A DNA stretch of 52,769 nt from a virus (taxonomy: Duplodnaviria; Caudoviricetes), in IMG/VR virus record IMGVR_UViG_3300020034_000021, positions 1 through 52,769 of that record; one strand, given 5' to 3'. Made by a program: the position numbers and the translations under genes. Below, one piece after another: positions 43,768-52,769 of the stretch (its first letter is position 1; each line of letters begins with the position of its first letter). Below the pieces are notes generated by a model that was given only the letters and a program-made list of their open reading frames with translations, was not told the origin of the DNA and ran no database searches.

Positions 43768-46700
43768 CGTCTTCGCCCTGCATCAGTACTTTTAGATAGC
43801 GCCTTAGAAACTTTTGAATTAGGCTGTGATATTTCAGACGCCACTAAACTAGGCGTATGTTTTACTACAGCCTTTGTCGCTTCGTCACGCGCAATAATTC
43901 TAATTTCTTCTGGTGATACTTGTTCGACTTCAAATTGTTTTGACGTTCCGTAATTTTTGATATTAACGGCAACTTTGGTTCCGCCGCCATTAGATGCAGC
44001 TTGTTTGTTGCCAACAACCTGCGCTGCGCCACTTCGGAGCGCATCAAGGTTTGCAACACCAACTCTAGCGGTTGTTTGCGCGTCGTGAACGTACTCTTGA
44101 CCATGCACCGCTCCTGCAATCATGTTTGTTGGGCCGTTACCCGTCCATCCGCCCTTCTGATATCCCTTGACCAAAGACAGCGCCTCAGATAGCGCCACGG
44201 TTGAGGCAATGCCAGCGCTCGCTGGGATCGCGTTCGCGCCAAAGCTGGCCAAGGACACCAACGCAGCCGGCGCGGCCCATGCAGCGCCCGTCGCAGCCGC
44301 AGCGGCCACGCTGGCAGCAGTCTGCACGGCTAGGGCGCTGGCAGCAAGTGTCTGGCCAAGCGCGGCATTGATGACGTATTGAATTCCTAGCTTGATAAAA
44401 CCGCTAATCAATTCGGAAATACCATCTCGCGCCACAGATCGCAACGTCTCTTTTAAGTTCTCGCCTTTCGCAATCGCATTACCAATACTGTTCGCGACAG
44501 CATCGGTAAAACCTTGCATTGTACTACCGATAATTTCGCTAATACCTGCCATGACACCGCGAAAATTAGTCACATAGGATTCAAGTGCAGCAATCTGTAT
44601 ATCTGCCCATGTCGCATCGCCAAGCAACATATTCAACTTCGCTTGTTCAACGCCAATTTGATTGACACTGATTGCATAAGCTTCATTCGAAATAATGCCA
44701 TTAGCACGCGCTGCGTCCAACGCTTGCAGCGTCATATACAGTTCTTGCTGTTTACCTATTGTCTCGCCGTAAATGCCGTTATAAATATCCTGAAATTGCG
44801 CGTCTAACTGATTCGCAATCAAATGTTCGCGAATTAAATCAAGACTAGCTTTTAACTGTTCATTGCCTTTTGCATTTATATCGCGACCTTTAGCGCGTAG
44901 ATCATTTGTAATTTGCATCATCTGTTGTTCAACAGCACGCTCCGCTGGCAACATACGCAACAGTTTTGTTTCTTCGTCAAGCTCCTTATTGACTTGCCGC
45001 AACGGATCAACCGAATTCAAATAGTCTTCGCTGGCTTTGAATACTGCTGCGCCGGCTTGCTGCGCTGAAATAACATGCTTGGCAAGTAGAATTTCCGTCG
45101 CTGTCTGCACAGCATTGTATGTGCGCAATGGTCCACTAGCTTCTTCGTAGATACGGTCTAATTCAACTTGTACCGCCGCCGATTGTTGAATCAATCTAAT
45201 TTTACGTTCGATCTCGGCAGATTCTGCCGCTGTCATTGCTTTATGCTTTGACGAAAACTGAATTTCAATCTGATCTAGCTTACTTTGAATTTCGCGCGCA
45301 TCTTTCAACATGAACAAACGCGACAATTCAGCATCTAACGTGCTGTTAATCTTTTCCATCGCTTTGCGCCGGTCTTCAATTGCTTTCAATTCGGCTGGTG
45401 TTGGACCAACTTTAGGAGGTGTACCAGCGCCACGCAAATTGCTGCCGCCACTACCGGCGACTTTATCCTTGCCATGAAAGTCAAGCAACTTGCCAAACGT
45501 ACCGCCTTGCGCGTCGAAACCTTTCTTAAGCGATTCTGCCCACAATTGACCAGCGGTTTTAAATTCCGTTTTGCCTTCGTTAATGATCAAACCAAAGTCA
45601 ACCGGTTGCCATTTCTCTAAGCCAACTTTCTCGCGCAAGAAATTTGCAGCGTCAATGCCTTTGTTAATAAAGTCTTCAATGAATTGCAATGCCTTGACCA
45701 ATACATTTCTAATCGACTGACCAATACCGCCACCCCAATTAAGGAATGCTGCATCGGCAAATATTTTCAAAGCGCGTAAATAACTAATGACAGTATCAAT
45801 CGATTCGCCAATCACATGCAACGCTTTGCGCGCATTCATCATCCCGTCTTCGAAAAATACAAGGTAACCGATAGCAGCACTTAACGCGACCACTAACAAA
45901 CCAAGCGGATTACTAGCAATCGCTAATGTAAATACTCTGACTGCTTTAGCAGCATTGACCATCATCGTAACGAGCGATTCGCCAAACGTCGCCAGTAATA
46001 AACCGCCGACAATAGACAGTGCAAATCCAAGCTTGTCTAAGTTGTTTGCCACAGCAATAATGGCTGTTGATAGTCCCGCTGTGAATCCTGTGGCTTTATT
46101 GAACTCGCCAAACGCCTGTACAAAGTTATTTCGCAGTACCGTAAAGGATTGTCCTAGTGTGGGGATTGTTTTGCCAAATGTTCTATCAACTTCTTCCGCT
46201 GCTGCTTTGAATGCATCGGCCAAGACACCGGCAGTAATCTTGCCTTGTGGCGCAAGTAGCAATAACTCGCCGCGCGTCACTTTCATTTGCTTGGCAATTG
46301 CATCAGCGGCGCTCGGCATGAGTTCCATGACGGTGCGAAATTCGTCGCCGTCTAACTTGCCTTTATTAAATGCTTGTGATAACTGCAACAATCCTGCCGC
46401 TGCTTCGCCACCCGTCGCGCCAGAAATAATTAACATTTTGTTAACTGTTTCTGTTAGTCTTAAAGACTCGGTTTGCGAACGTCCAAGCTGCTGCAACGCG
46501 CGGTCGAATCGTGTAAATGCGGTCGCTGTCTCTTCGACTGGCGCACGAGTGCGGTTTGCAACTTCAAATAGCTTTGTCGTGAGTTCGACAACTTGCGCTT
46601 CGCTGCTACTGACAACTTGCAATTTGTTTTGCAATGTCGTGTAAGCGTCTGCCGTTCGCAGAATGGCCGCTGCTGATACCGTGATCCCGGCCAGTGCCAG

Positions 46701-47126
46701 CGCGGAGCGCACATAGGTGGCAAGGCCGGCGCTCGCGGCGCGCGTAGACAGGGCCTGCTTTGCCTGCGCTTGCTGGAGCTTCAGGGCGGCCAAGGTGGCG
46801 CGATTGGTCGCTGCCGTGGCATTGGCCGTCTGTACGGCGGTTTGTTGCGTGGCGGTCGCTAGGCGGGCTTGAGCCGTGGCCGTAGCAACGGTCGCCGTCT
46901 GCAAACGTTGCTGTGCCGTCGCCGCTTGGAACGCGGCCTGTGCGCTCTTGGACTCTGCCGCCGCTAATCGATCAATAGCAGAAACGTTGATGGTTGCTAA
47001 CGCTTGTTTCAAACGCTCAATAGCGTCATAACTGTTACGCGCTTGCGTCGCAATCAATTCCAACTTCGTCGGAATAGAAGCGGCAACCTTATCGGTTATC
47101 TCTATAACAATCTTTTCGTCAGACAT
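43764..47126 (-). CDS. Tape measure protein
   Basis: 1120 aa Ala-rich; LLQLSQA..G.LDGDEF; GYQKGGWTG..AVHGQE. Confidence 0.95.
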   Translation of the reverse strand: MSDEKIVIEITDKVAASIPTKLELIATQARNSYDAIERLKQALATINVSAIDRLAAAESKSAQAAFQAATAQQRLQTATVATATAQARLATATQQTAVQTANATAATNRATLAALKLQQAQAKQALSTRAASAGLATYVRSALALAGITVSAAAILRTADAYTTLQNKLQVVSSSEAQVVELTTKLFEVANRTRAPVEETATAFTRFDRALQQLGRSQTESLRLTETVNKMLIISGATGGEAAAGLLQLSQAFNKGKLDGDEFRTVMELMPSAADAIAKQMKVTRGELLLLAPQGKITAGVLADAFKAAAEEVDRTFGKTIPTLGQSFTVLRNNFVQAFGEFNKATGFTAGLSTAIIAVANNLDKLGFALSIVGGLLLATFGESLVTMMVNAAKAVRVFTLAIASNPLGLLVVALSAAIGYLVFFEDGMMNARKALHVIGESIDTVISYLRALKIFADAAFLNWGGGIGQSIRNVLVKALQFIEDFINKGIDAANFLREKVGLEKWQPVDFGLIINEGKTEFKTAGQLWAESLKKGFDAQGGTFGKLLDFHGKDKVAGSGGSNLRGAGTPPKVGPTPAELKAIEDRRKAMEKINSTLDAELSRLFMLKDAREIQSKLDQIEIQFSSKHKAMTAAESAEIERKIRLIQQSAAVQVELDRIYEEASGPLRTYNAVQTATEILLAKHVISAQQAGAAVFKASEDYLNSVDPLRQVNKELDEETKLLRMLPAERAVEQQMMQITNDLRAKGRDINAKGNEQLKASLDLIREHLIANQLDAQFQDIYNGIYGETIGKQQELYMTLQALDAARANGIISNEAYAISVNQIGVEQAKLNMLLGDATWADIQIAALESYVTNFRGVMAGISEIIGSTMQGFTDAVANSIGNAIAKGENLKETLRSVARDGISELISGFIKLGIQYVINAALGQTLAASALAVQTAASVAAAAATGAAWAAPAALVSLASFGANAIPASAGIASTVALSEALSLVKGYQKGGWTGNGPTNMIAGAVHGQEYVHDAQTTARVGVANLDALRSGAAQVVGNKQAASNGGGTKVAVNIKNYGTSKQFEVEQVSPEEIRIIARDEATKAVVKHTPSLVASEISQPNSKVSKALSKSTDAGRRR

Positions 47127-47560
47127 TACGGCAGTCTCAGCTTTAACGTACGTACAAACTTACGGCCAAGATAGACCGAACGTTCTACAAACCCTGCCGG
47201 CGCTTGTGCGCTGCTACCCTGATTCAACTCACGAATGTATTCTGCGTTATTCGATAAGAAAATCGTTTCACTGGGCTTCTTCTGCGATAACACTTGTTTA
47301 TGCTGTATCAACGCTTCTTCGGCGCTGGCTTCATACGTTGAACCTTGACTGCCTAACCGATACGCATCTATTTTTAAATCCCAAGGTTCTTCTAAATGCA
47401 ATATCCAATTTGATAATGCAGTTGATTCGTCAACGGGAGTTGTATGAACTAAATCAGTGCCGATAACTGTTGCAACTTCTGACGCTGCGAGACTCGCCGC
47501 GATAGGAATATCAACGGCGAGTTTTTCCATCCTTATAGCTAAGTCTAATAATGTTTTCAT
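47126..47560 (-). CDS. HK97 gp10-like tail completion protein
   Basis: TPVD, NNAEYIRELN.GSS.QAPAG. Confidence 0.8.
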   Translation of the reverse strand: MKTLLDLAIRMEKLAVDIPIAASLAASEVATVIGTDLVHTTPVDESTALSNWILHLEEPWDLKIDAYRLGSQGSTYEASAEEALIQHKQVLSQKKPSETIFLSNNAEYIRELNQGSSAQAPAGFVERSVYLGRKFVRTLKLRLP

Positions 47561-47889
47561 CTCGCCTGTGAAGCCATGCGTGTCAGATACGCTTTATCCA
47601 TCGCCTTTATAAAATAAATCAAATCCTCTGTTTGCTCATTATCAAATTCAAACGCTACTGCATACTGTTTAATGCTTGTCCACGGAATTGGTCCGGTACT
47701 AAACCCATACGAACGTTCTGAATCCAAATCAAAAAATGCAGTTATATAAAGTTGCAAACCTAACGACAGTTCTGGCGCATTAACAATGCTGTCTGGAATA
47801 GGTTGTCCCATTTGCATTGCTTGCTTGATAATCTTAAGTTCATCCTTACCGATACCAAGCATGTACGTCAGAACTGTTACAAGTTTTTT
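47557..47889 (-). CDS. Tail assembly chaperone, -1 frameshift extension (gpT-like)
   Basis: Open in -1 frame from slippery A AAA AAC at 47883-47889. Confidence 0.85.
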   Translation of the reverse strand, partial: KKLVTVLTYMLGIGKDELKIIKQAMQMGQPIPDSIVNAPELSLGLQLYITAFFDLDSERSYGFSTGPIPWTSIKQYAVAFEFDNEQTEDLIYFIKAMDKAYLTRMASQAR

Positions 47890-48293
47890 GCTTCTTCTTC
47901 CCTCGCTTCATCTTTGAACAATTCAGACGACTGTGCATATGTTTGCAAAAAATCATACAAACGTGGCAACTTCTTAAACAACTCAATTGCATTTGGTTCA
48001 GAAAACGTAATTGTGCTGCCATCTCTATCCTGCACATTGCGCCAATCTTTCAACACGCAACTTACAAAGATTTCCATAAAAATCTTTTCAGCAAAATCAT
48101 TTCCCATTGATTGAAGGTTTCCACGAAAAGGCTTCGTCGCCTTGTCCAACGCCTTCGCATACTTCTTATTAGCGCGTCCCATTGACGCCAAGACAAACAC
48201 AGGAACAGTGCTGTCATCGTTCGGCGGACCTTCAACTTCTACGCCTTCGGTTTCTTTTTTCTCATCAGTTTCAAATGTTTTAAATAACGACAT
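47877..48293 (-). CDS. Tail assembly chaperone (gpG-like)
   Basis: GGAG RBS before MSLFKTF; ends EAKNL. Confidence 0.85.
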   Translation of the reverse strand: MSLFKTFETDEKKETEGVEVEGPPNDDSTVPVFVLASMGRANKKYAKALDKATKPFRGNLQSMGNDFAEKIFMEIFVSCVLKDWRNVQDRDGSTITFSEPNAIELFKKLPRLYDFLQTYAQSSELFKDEAREEEAKNL

Positions 48294-48352
48294 ACGCTGT
48301 ACTCCGGTTTTAGGACTGCGAAAAAAGATCGCAGCCCCATAGAGTACAAGCA

Positions 48353-49921
48353 TTATGCAGGCATTGCTATAGTCGGCAAGTAGGGGAAAATGACTTCCAT
48401 AAACGTATAGCCGTTGATGTTCTCTGCGCCTGCCGGTTCCAGCGGTACCATAATCGCCGCATCCTTTTCGACATTCAGCCGACCGCCACCAAGGCCAAGC
48501 AACGGAATATCCAGCACCATGCCAGCGTTCGCCGCTGCAACGATAATGTTGAAACCAACATCAGAGTTATTACGAACAGCACGCACCGCTGGCACCGTTG
48601 TAAAGTATGCCGTGATACTGCCACCAACTACAAAGTTACCTGCGGTCGCTTCAAACGCGCCAAGCACACCAATTGCCTTGTTTGGTGTGACGTTATTATT
48701 GATTGAAATTTCGCCTTCCGTGACGTAACCAAACAGCGCCGTAGGCAACGACGTTGTAGGATCAAGAATATTCATCTTGATCCGATAAACATTTGACGTG
48801 CTATTTTGTGCAGCTTCACCAAGTGAAGCAATGCGCGTACCAGCTTTGATCGTATCGCCAACTTCGCCAGAACGTTGCGAATTAGCTGCCGCTACATACG
48901 TCAAATCGGCATTGAACTTTTCAGCTTCAGGAATGTGCAGCGTGAATTCATTTGGCACCGCTCCCTCAAGGTATTCCGCTTGTGTCGCGGTTGGACCTTG
49001 GCCTAACGTTCGTTCAATGTTGTATGAACGCCGTTTAATTAAGCCAGAAGCAAACGTTTCATTGCGCAGCACATCGCCAAAAAAGATTTGAATCTTTTTA
49101 CCGGTACTGACTTCGGCAACCGAAGTAAACGTTGTGTCGTCAAACACAATGGCCGCAGCGGCAATCGATGCAATACGCGCATAGCCCACATTGTTTGCAA
49201 ATCGACCGCTGGCCAGCACGTCGCCGCCGATGAAAATCCACTCACCGACAATCAGACCTAGCGTATTTAGATTTGCCGCTGTAGAAGTCAAGCGCGCGAC
49301 GTTACCGGTTTTAACAATAGCAACGTCGGCTGTTGGAAATTCAAATCCAACAACTTCGACTTTAGCTGCTGTCGGCGGCGCGGCTTCATCTACCAAACCA
49401 TCAGCGACAACGATTCCAGTAGCATCAGCGCTAACAACAGCATGCAAACCGTTATTAGCAGCGTTGCTAAAGCCAGTACCTTTAACCAAGTAGCCAGCCT
49501 TATTGAAAGCAACCGCCGTTGCGCCAGTCGTGTATTTATCCGTCGCAGCCGCTGCCGCACTGACAACAATTTTAGCCGCATTCAATGGTCCCGTTGTTGG
49601 CTTCTCGCGCAGATCAGCAAAAAAGAAACCCTGCATTAAACGTGTCAGGTTATTAGCCGTAACGTCAATATTGAAACCGCCGCTAGCGTCAAGATTGGTA
49701 ATGACACCGCGCTTATTCTGGCGATTCGCACTGATCGGCGAACGCGCTACCATCGTCAGTTCGCCGCCAAAATCAGCGTAACTGTTCGGTTCCAATCCGT
49801 ACCAATTCGGATCAGCACCGTCAGCAGCTATTGTGGGCAGAACCTTATAGCAAATTTCTTCAGCAAACGAAAGTCCCGTAACGTTGCTGTCGATTTTGTT
49901 GATCGGGCATGGAAGAGGCAT
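48353..49921 (-). CDS. Major tail tube protein
   Basis: 522 aa between terminator and chaperone. Confidence 0.85.
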   Translation of the reverse strand: MPLPCPINKIDSNVTGLSFAEEICYKVLPTIAADGADPNWYGLEPNSYADFGGELTMVARSPISANRQNKRGVITNLDASGGFNIDVTANNLTRLMQGFFFADLREKPTTGPLNAAKIVVSAAAAATDKYTTGATAVAFNKAGYLVKGTGFSNAANNGLHAVVSADATGIVVADGLVDEAAPPTAAKVEVVGFEFPTADVAIVKTGNVARLTSTAANLNTLGLIVGEWIFIGGDVLASGRFANNVGYARIASIAAAAIVFDDTTFTSVAEVSTGKKIQIFFGDVLRNETFASGLIKRRSYNIERTLGQGPTATQAEYLEGAVPNEFTLHIPEAEKFNADLTYVAAANSQRSGEVGDTIKAGTRIASLGEAAQNSTSNVYRIKMNILDPTTSLPTALFGYVTEGEISINNNVTPNKAIGVLGAFEATAGNFVVGGSITAYFTTVPAVRAVRNNSDVGFNIIVAAANAGMVLDIPLLGLGGGRLNVEKDAAIMVPLEPAGAENINGYTFMEVIFPYLPTIAMPA

Positions 49922-49935
49922 AATAGTTACTCCAA

Positions 49936-50397
49936 TTAACCTATATCATCAAATTCGTATTCAGACACAACGTTGTAACGGTAGAACAAAGCTTCAGGCG
50001 GCAATTCGTTTATTGTCGTGTTTCTAAACCAAACCCTGCCCGGTTCAGTTTGTTTTCCACGAAACGCATTGCGCGCAATTATTGCAAGCTTCTTTCCTAA
50101 CTCCGATGCGGTCGCTAATTGCTTCGGACAAAAAATCTGTACAAACACTAAACCGGAAATTTCATAACGTCGCAACCCCGGTTGTTCAACACAAGCTGAC
50201 ATTGAACACTGTTCTTCTAATACTGTTTTATTTGAAACACGCGCCCAAAACTTATCGCTTGGCGGTTTCGCAGGTTCCTCAATATTCGGCCAACGCACGT
50301 CAGGCATATAACCAACTATCGCCGGAGTATTAGCCAGCCAAGCTGTACTAAACAACGCGAATATTTCATCTAACCCTTCGTCGTAAGCAACCGTCAT
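49936..50397 (-). CDS. Tail terminator
   Basis: WPN..WARV..GLVFVQIF; position. Confidence 0.75.
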   Translation of the reverse strand: MTVAYDEGLDEIFALFSTAWLANTPAIVGYMPDVRWPNIEEPAKPPSDKFWARVSNKTVLEEQCSMSACVEQPGLRRYEISGLVFVQIFCPKQLATASELGKKLAIIARNAFRGKQTEPGRVWFRNTTINELPPEALFYRYNVVSEYEFDDIG

Positions 50398-50780
50398 CCT
50401 TCAAACTCTATCGTGTATAAAATCTTTTGACCATTTGGCGACAACAAATCAATTGATGTAATTCGTAATATAGTACCGTCTCTGTCAACTACATCTTTCA
50501 ACGTCGGTTCAAATGATACTTGTCCCATCAATCCGGCAAGCTTGCCTGTCGGTACTTCAGTGCCTTTCAAATACGCCAACAACTTTCGCCATTGCGTGTC
50601 ATTTGTAGGCACAAAACAAATCTTAATGTCAGGATGCAATACGGCTATAGCTTCAGTCGGTTTCCACGGTTTTAAAGGATCAACAGCCACACCATCGGCT
50701 ACACTATTCCATATGACTGATTGACCATACTTCGCTATCAGTCGTAACGCCGTCGCAATCTGTCTATCAAATTGACCCAT
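50394..50780 (-). CDS. Head closure protein
   Basis: ALRLIAKYGQ; position. Confidence 0.7.
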   Translation of the reverse strand: MGQFDRQIATALRLIAKYGQSVIWNSVADGVAVDPLKPWKPTEAIAVLHPDIKICFVPTNDTQWRKLLAYLKGTEVPTGKLAGLMGQVSFEPTLKDVVDRDGTILRITSIDLLSPNGQKILYTIEFEG

Positions 50781-51265
50781 TAGCCGCGAAACACACTAAA
50801 GGTAAATGGGTTCCCACAGTTATCGCCAATGAGCGCCGCCAACAAAGCATCAACTGCAATAAACGTTGCTTGTCCGCTAAACTGCGAACCGCTGGCGTAC
50901 TCTGTTTCAATCGGTCCAACCTTTTCACGAATGACGTAATCGCTAGAGTTACCTGAAATGATCGGCAACAAATCAACCCCTTCTAGTACTGCTATCGCTA
51001 AACGAATTTGAGCAATCTTTAGATTCTTCGGAATGCCTGTAAATGCATCTCGCGGAAACGCTAAAGATTGTTCCTCATTTATTTTGTAACCGGCATAACA
51101 AGGTTTGATTTCCAAATAATCAATAGCCTTAAGCAATGCAACGTCAATTTCCGCATCAGACGGTACGGTGATACCGCGCGCAAGCGCATACGTCTTAAAC
51201 TCATCAGTTGTAACGTATGAATTCGCGTCGACAACGCCCGTACCGTCTTCGATGATTAACGGCAT
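50780..51265 (-). CDS. Head-tail adaptor (DnaT-like domain family)
   Basis: IEDGTGVVDANSY, QSLAFPR, EKVGPIETEY. Confidence 0.82.
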   Translation of the reverse strand: MPLIIEDGTGVVDANSYVTTDEFKTYALARGITVPSDAEIDVALLKAIDYLEIKPCYAGYKINEEQSLAFPRDAFTGIPKNLKIAQIRLAIAVLEGVDLLPIISGNSSDYVIREKVGPIETEYASGSQFSGQATFIAVDALLAALIGDNCGNPFTFSVFRG

Positions 51266-51266
51266 A

Positions 51267-51563
51267 TCAGCCTGCGTTATTATCCCATACTGTGCCAGCA
51301 GCGCGACGATTCTTTTCAACAATCAGCGCATCCAATACCGCCGCACGTTTCTTACCGGCTTTCTCGGCAGGTTCCAACTTGGCAAAATCAGCTTCGTTCA
51401 GTCCTTGCAATCCTTTTGAAATGGTTTCAGGTGTACCATTTAAATAGGTAACAGCATTGAATGCAAATGCTGCCGCAGCCGTTTTCTTAACTGGCTTATT
51501 TGCTTCCTCACGGTCCGCTACCTGCTTTGCGCGAAACGCCTTTCTCTCTTCTAGCGACTTCAT
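51267..51563 (-). CDS. Hypothetical head-associated protein
   Basis: EKAGKKRAAVL; GGAGG RBS. Confidence 0.7.
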   Translation of the reverse strand: MKSLEERKAFRAKQVADREEANKPVKKTAAAAFAFNAVTYLNGTPETISKGLQGLNEADFAKLEPAEKAGKKRAAVLDALIVEKNRRAAGTVWDNNAG

Positions 51564-51575
51564 AAATGCCTCCGA

Positions 51576-51875
51576 TTAAACGTCTTGGGTATCAACACCA
51601 GCGGGCAACATGCCCAGACTCCGCAAATAAGTAACAATCGAGTTGTGAAAATTACGCAACGATGTTTGCGCGCCAGCCGACATTGCCGACGTTTTAATAA
51701 CCAAATCCGTTTGATATTCTACGGTGCCATCCGCAAGACGAAAACCAATTGTGGCAGTGAATTGAGTATCACCGTTGATAGTCAAATCAGCGTTGCGACG
51801 AATATCTAACTTCCAATTGTCAACCGTCGCTTTCGTAACGCTTTTTACAATTGGTGTCGTCAATGTAGTAGGCAT
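51576..51875 (-). CDS. Hypothetical protein
   Basis: 99 aa, AAGGA RBS. Confidence 0.7.
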   Translation of the reverse strand: MPTTLTTPIVKSVTKATVDNWKLDIRRNADLTINGDTQFTATIGFRLADGTVEYQTDLVIKTSAMSAGAQTSLRNFHNSIVTYLRSLGMLPAGVDTQDV

Positions 51876-51887
51876 ATCAAATATCCT

Positions 51888-52295
51888 TTAAGCAACCGGC
51901 TCTTTAATTTCCCAAGCAATCACACTGGTGTCAGTCGCGCTGCTACTAGTAAGTGTGAAACCCACACCAGCAACGCGCGAAGTACGCAAGAAACCTTGCG
52001 CGCCGCCAGCGGTTTGCACACTATAATTGATCAATGATTTATCAGTAATGCTTGGCGCACTAACCGTTGCTGTGCCTGCGACTAGCGTTACCAACCCGCT
52101 TTTGCCTGCGACAGTATCTGCCGGCTTACGCACAACAATGCTCGGCGGATTAACTTCAATTGGGATCACGTCGCCAGTTTGATAGACCGTTACGCTATTA
52201 TCTCCATACACAAGTGCAATAGCGTCCGATGGTATCGGATCTTGTGTCGTATACCTGCCTGTTACTGCGCTATAAGTTGAGGGAATAACAATCAT
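51888..52295 (-). CDS. Fibre-associated beta-rich protein
   Basis: GLVTLVAGTATV...GFTLTSSSATDTSVIAW; coupled to fibre gene. Confidence 0.65.
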   Translation of the reverse strand: MIVIPSTYSAVTGRYTTQDPIPSDAIALVYGDNSVTVYQTGDVIPIEVNPPSIVVRKPADTVAGKSGLVTLVAGTATVSAPSITDKSLINYSVQTAGGAQGFLRTSRVAGVGFTLTSSSATDTSVIAWEIKEPVA

Positions 52296-52769
52296 GGCGA
52301 TATTTCCATCAACATGTGGGCAACTTGACCAGCGGTCGCTGTTGATGCAGAACGTACACTTGCCGATAGCACTAAAGCATTTGCATCAAGATCCGATATT
52401 GTAACATTTTTTGGATACGGCGATGTAATTGCCAAGCCAGTAAAATCGGATATAGCATCTTGCCTACCAAGTGAACGCAACGTTGTTGCGTCTATAACTG
52501 TCATCATAGGATTAACGCCGTAACTTCGATTTGCTGCTATAAATTGAGCACTGCTAACAATAGCAGGGTCGGCCATTGTGCCCAATGGACCTAATAAAAT
52601 GCTTACATCGTTCAATGCAGCACTAGTGTTATTTTTAGCAAATTGTACAAAGAATTGAACAACTCTGCCAAGTCGCAATAGTCCAGCGGGAAGCGTTGCT
52701 TGCTTCAAAATAACATCTGTTGTTACAGCGCCTTCAGTATTCAACGTCAAATCAAAAACAAAAAATGTT
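52292..52769 (-). CDS. Fibre protein, C-terminal part
   Basis: Continuation of the ORF starting at 1105. Confidence 0.85.
   Translation of the reverse strand, partial: TFFVFDLTLNTEGAVTTDVILKQATLPAGLLRLGRVVQFFVQFAKNNTSAALNDVSILLGPLGTMADPAIVSSAQFIAANRSYGVNPMMTVIDATTLRSLGRQDAISDFTGLAITSPYPKNVTISDLDANALVLSASVRSASTATAGQVAHMLMEISP
52545..52769 (+). repeat. Terminal overlap, right copy
   Basis: Matches 1-224. Confidence 0.95.

Noticed and set aside
45955-46644. 229-aa plus-strand ORF and similar antisense ORFs
   Set aside because: Shadows of tape measure and other structural genes; no RBS or motifs

Overview
The window is an apparently complete, circularly permuted genome (about 52.5 kb unique) of a long-tailed dsDNA phage of a Gram-negative host. 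The two ends overlap by about 224 bp and split a fibre gene. Minus-strand late genes cover lysis (7.9-11.6 kb), packaging and head (1.1-8.0 kb), then continue across the ends into head-tail and tail genes (52.7 to 39.0 kb). Two divergent blocks of small early genes flank an AT-rich control region at 20.5-21 kb. A replication block (23-39 kb) encodes an SF1 helicase, primase-polymerase/helicase, AAA ATPase, SSB-like protein, Cas4-like exonuclease, SF2 helicase, clamp-like protein and B-family-like DNA polymerase. I found no integrase, tRNA, CRISPR array or reverse transcriptase. The most unusual signals are: a family of early promoters sharing extra boxes; several compact structured RNAs, three starting at predicted transcription starts; GC-rich, roughly 10.6-bp-phased patches inside genes; an FN3 plus thrombospondin-like lipoprotein in an enlarged lysis cassette; a secreted protein paired with a small membrane protein; and SSB-tail-like peptides. 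All protein calls are from motifs and gene order read by eye, not database searches.
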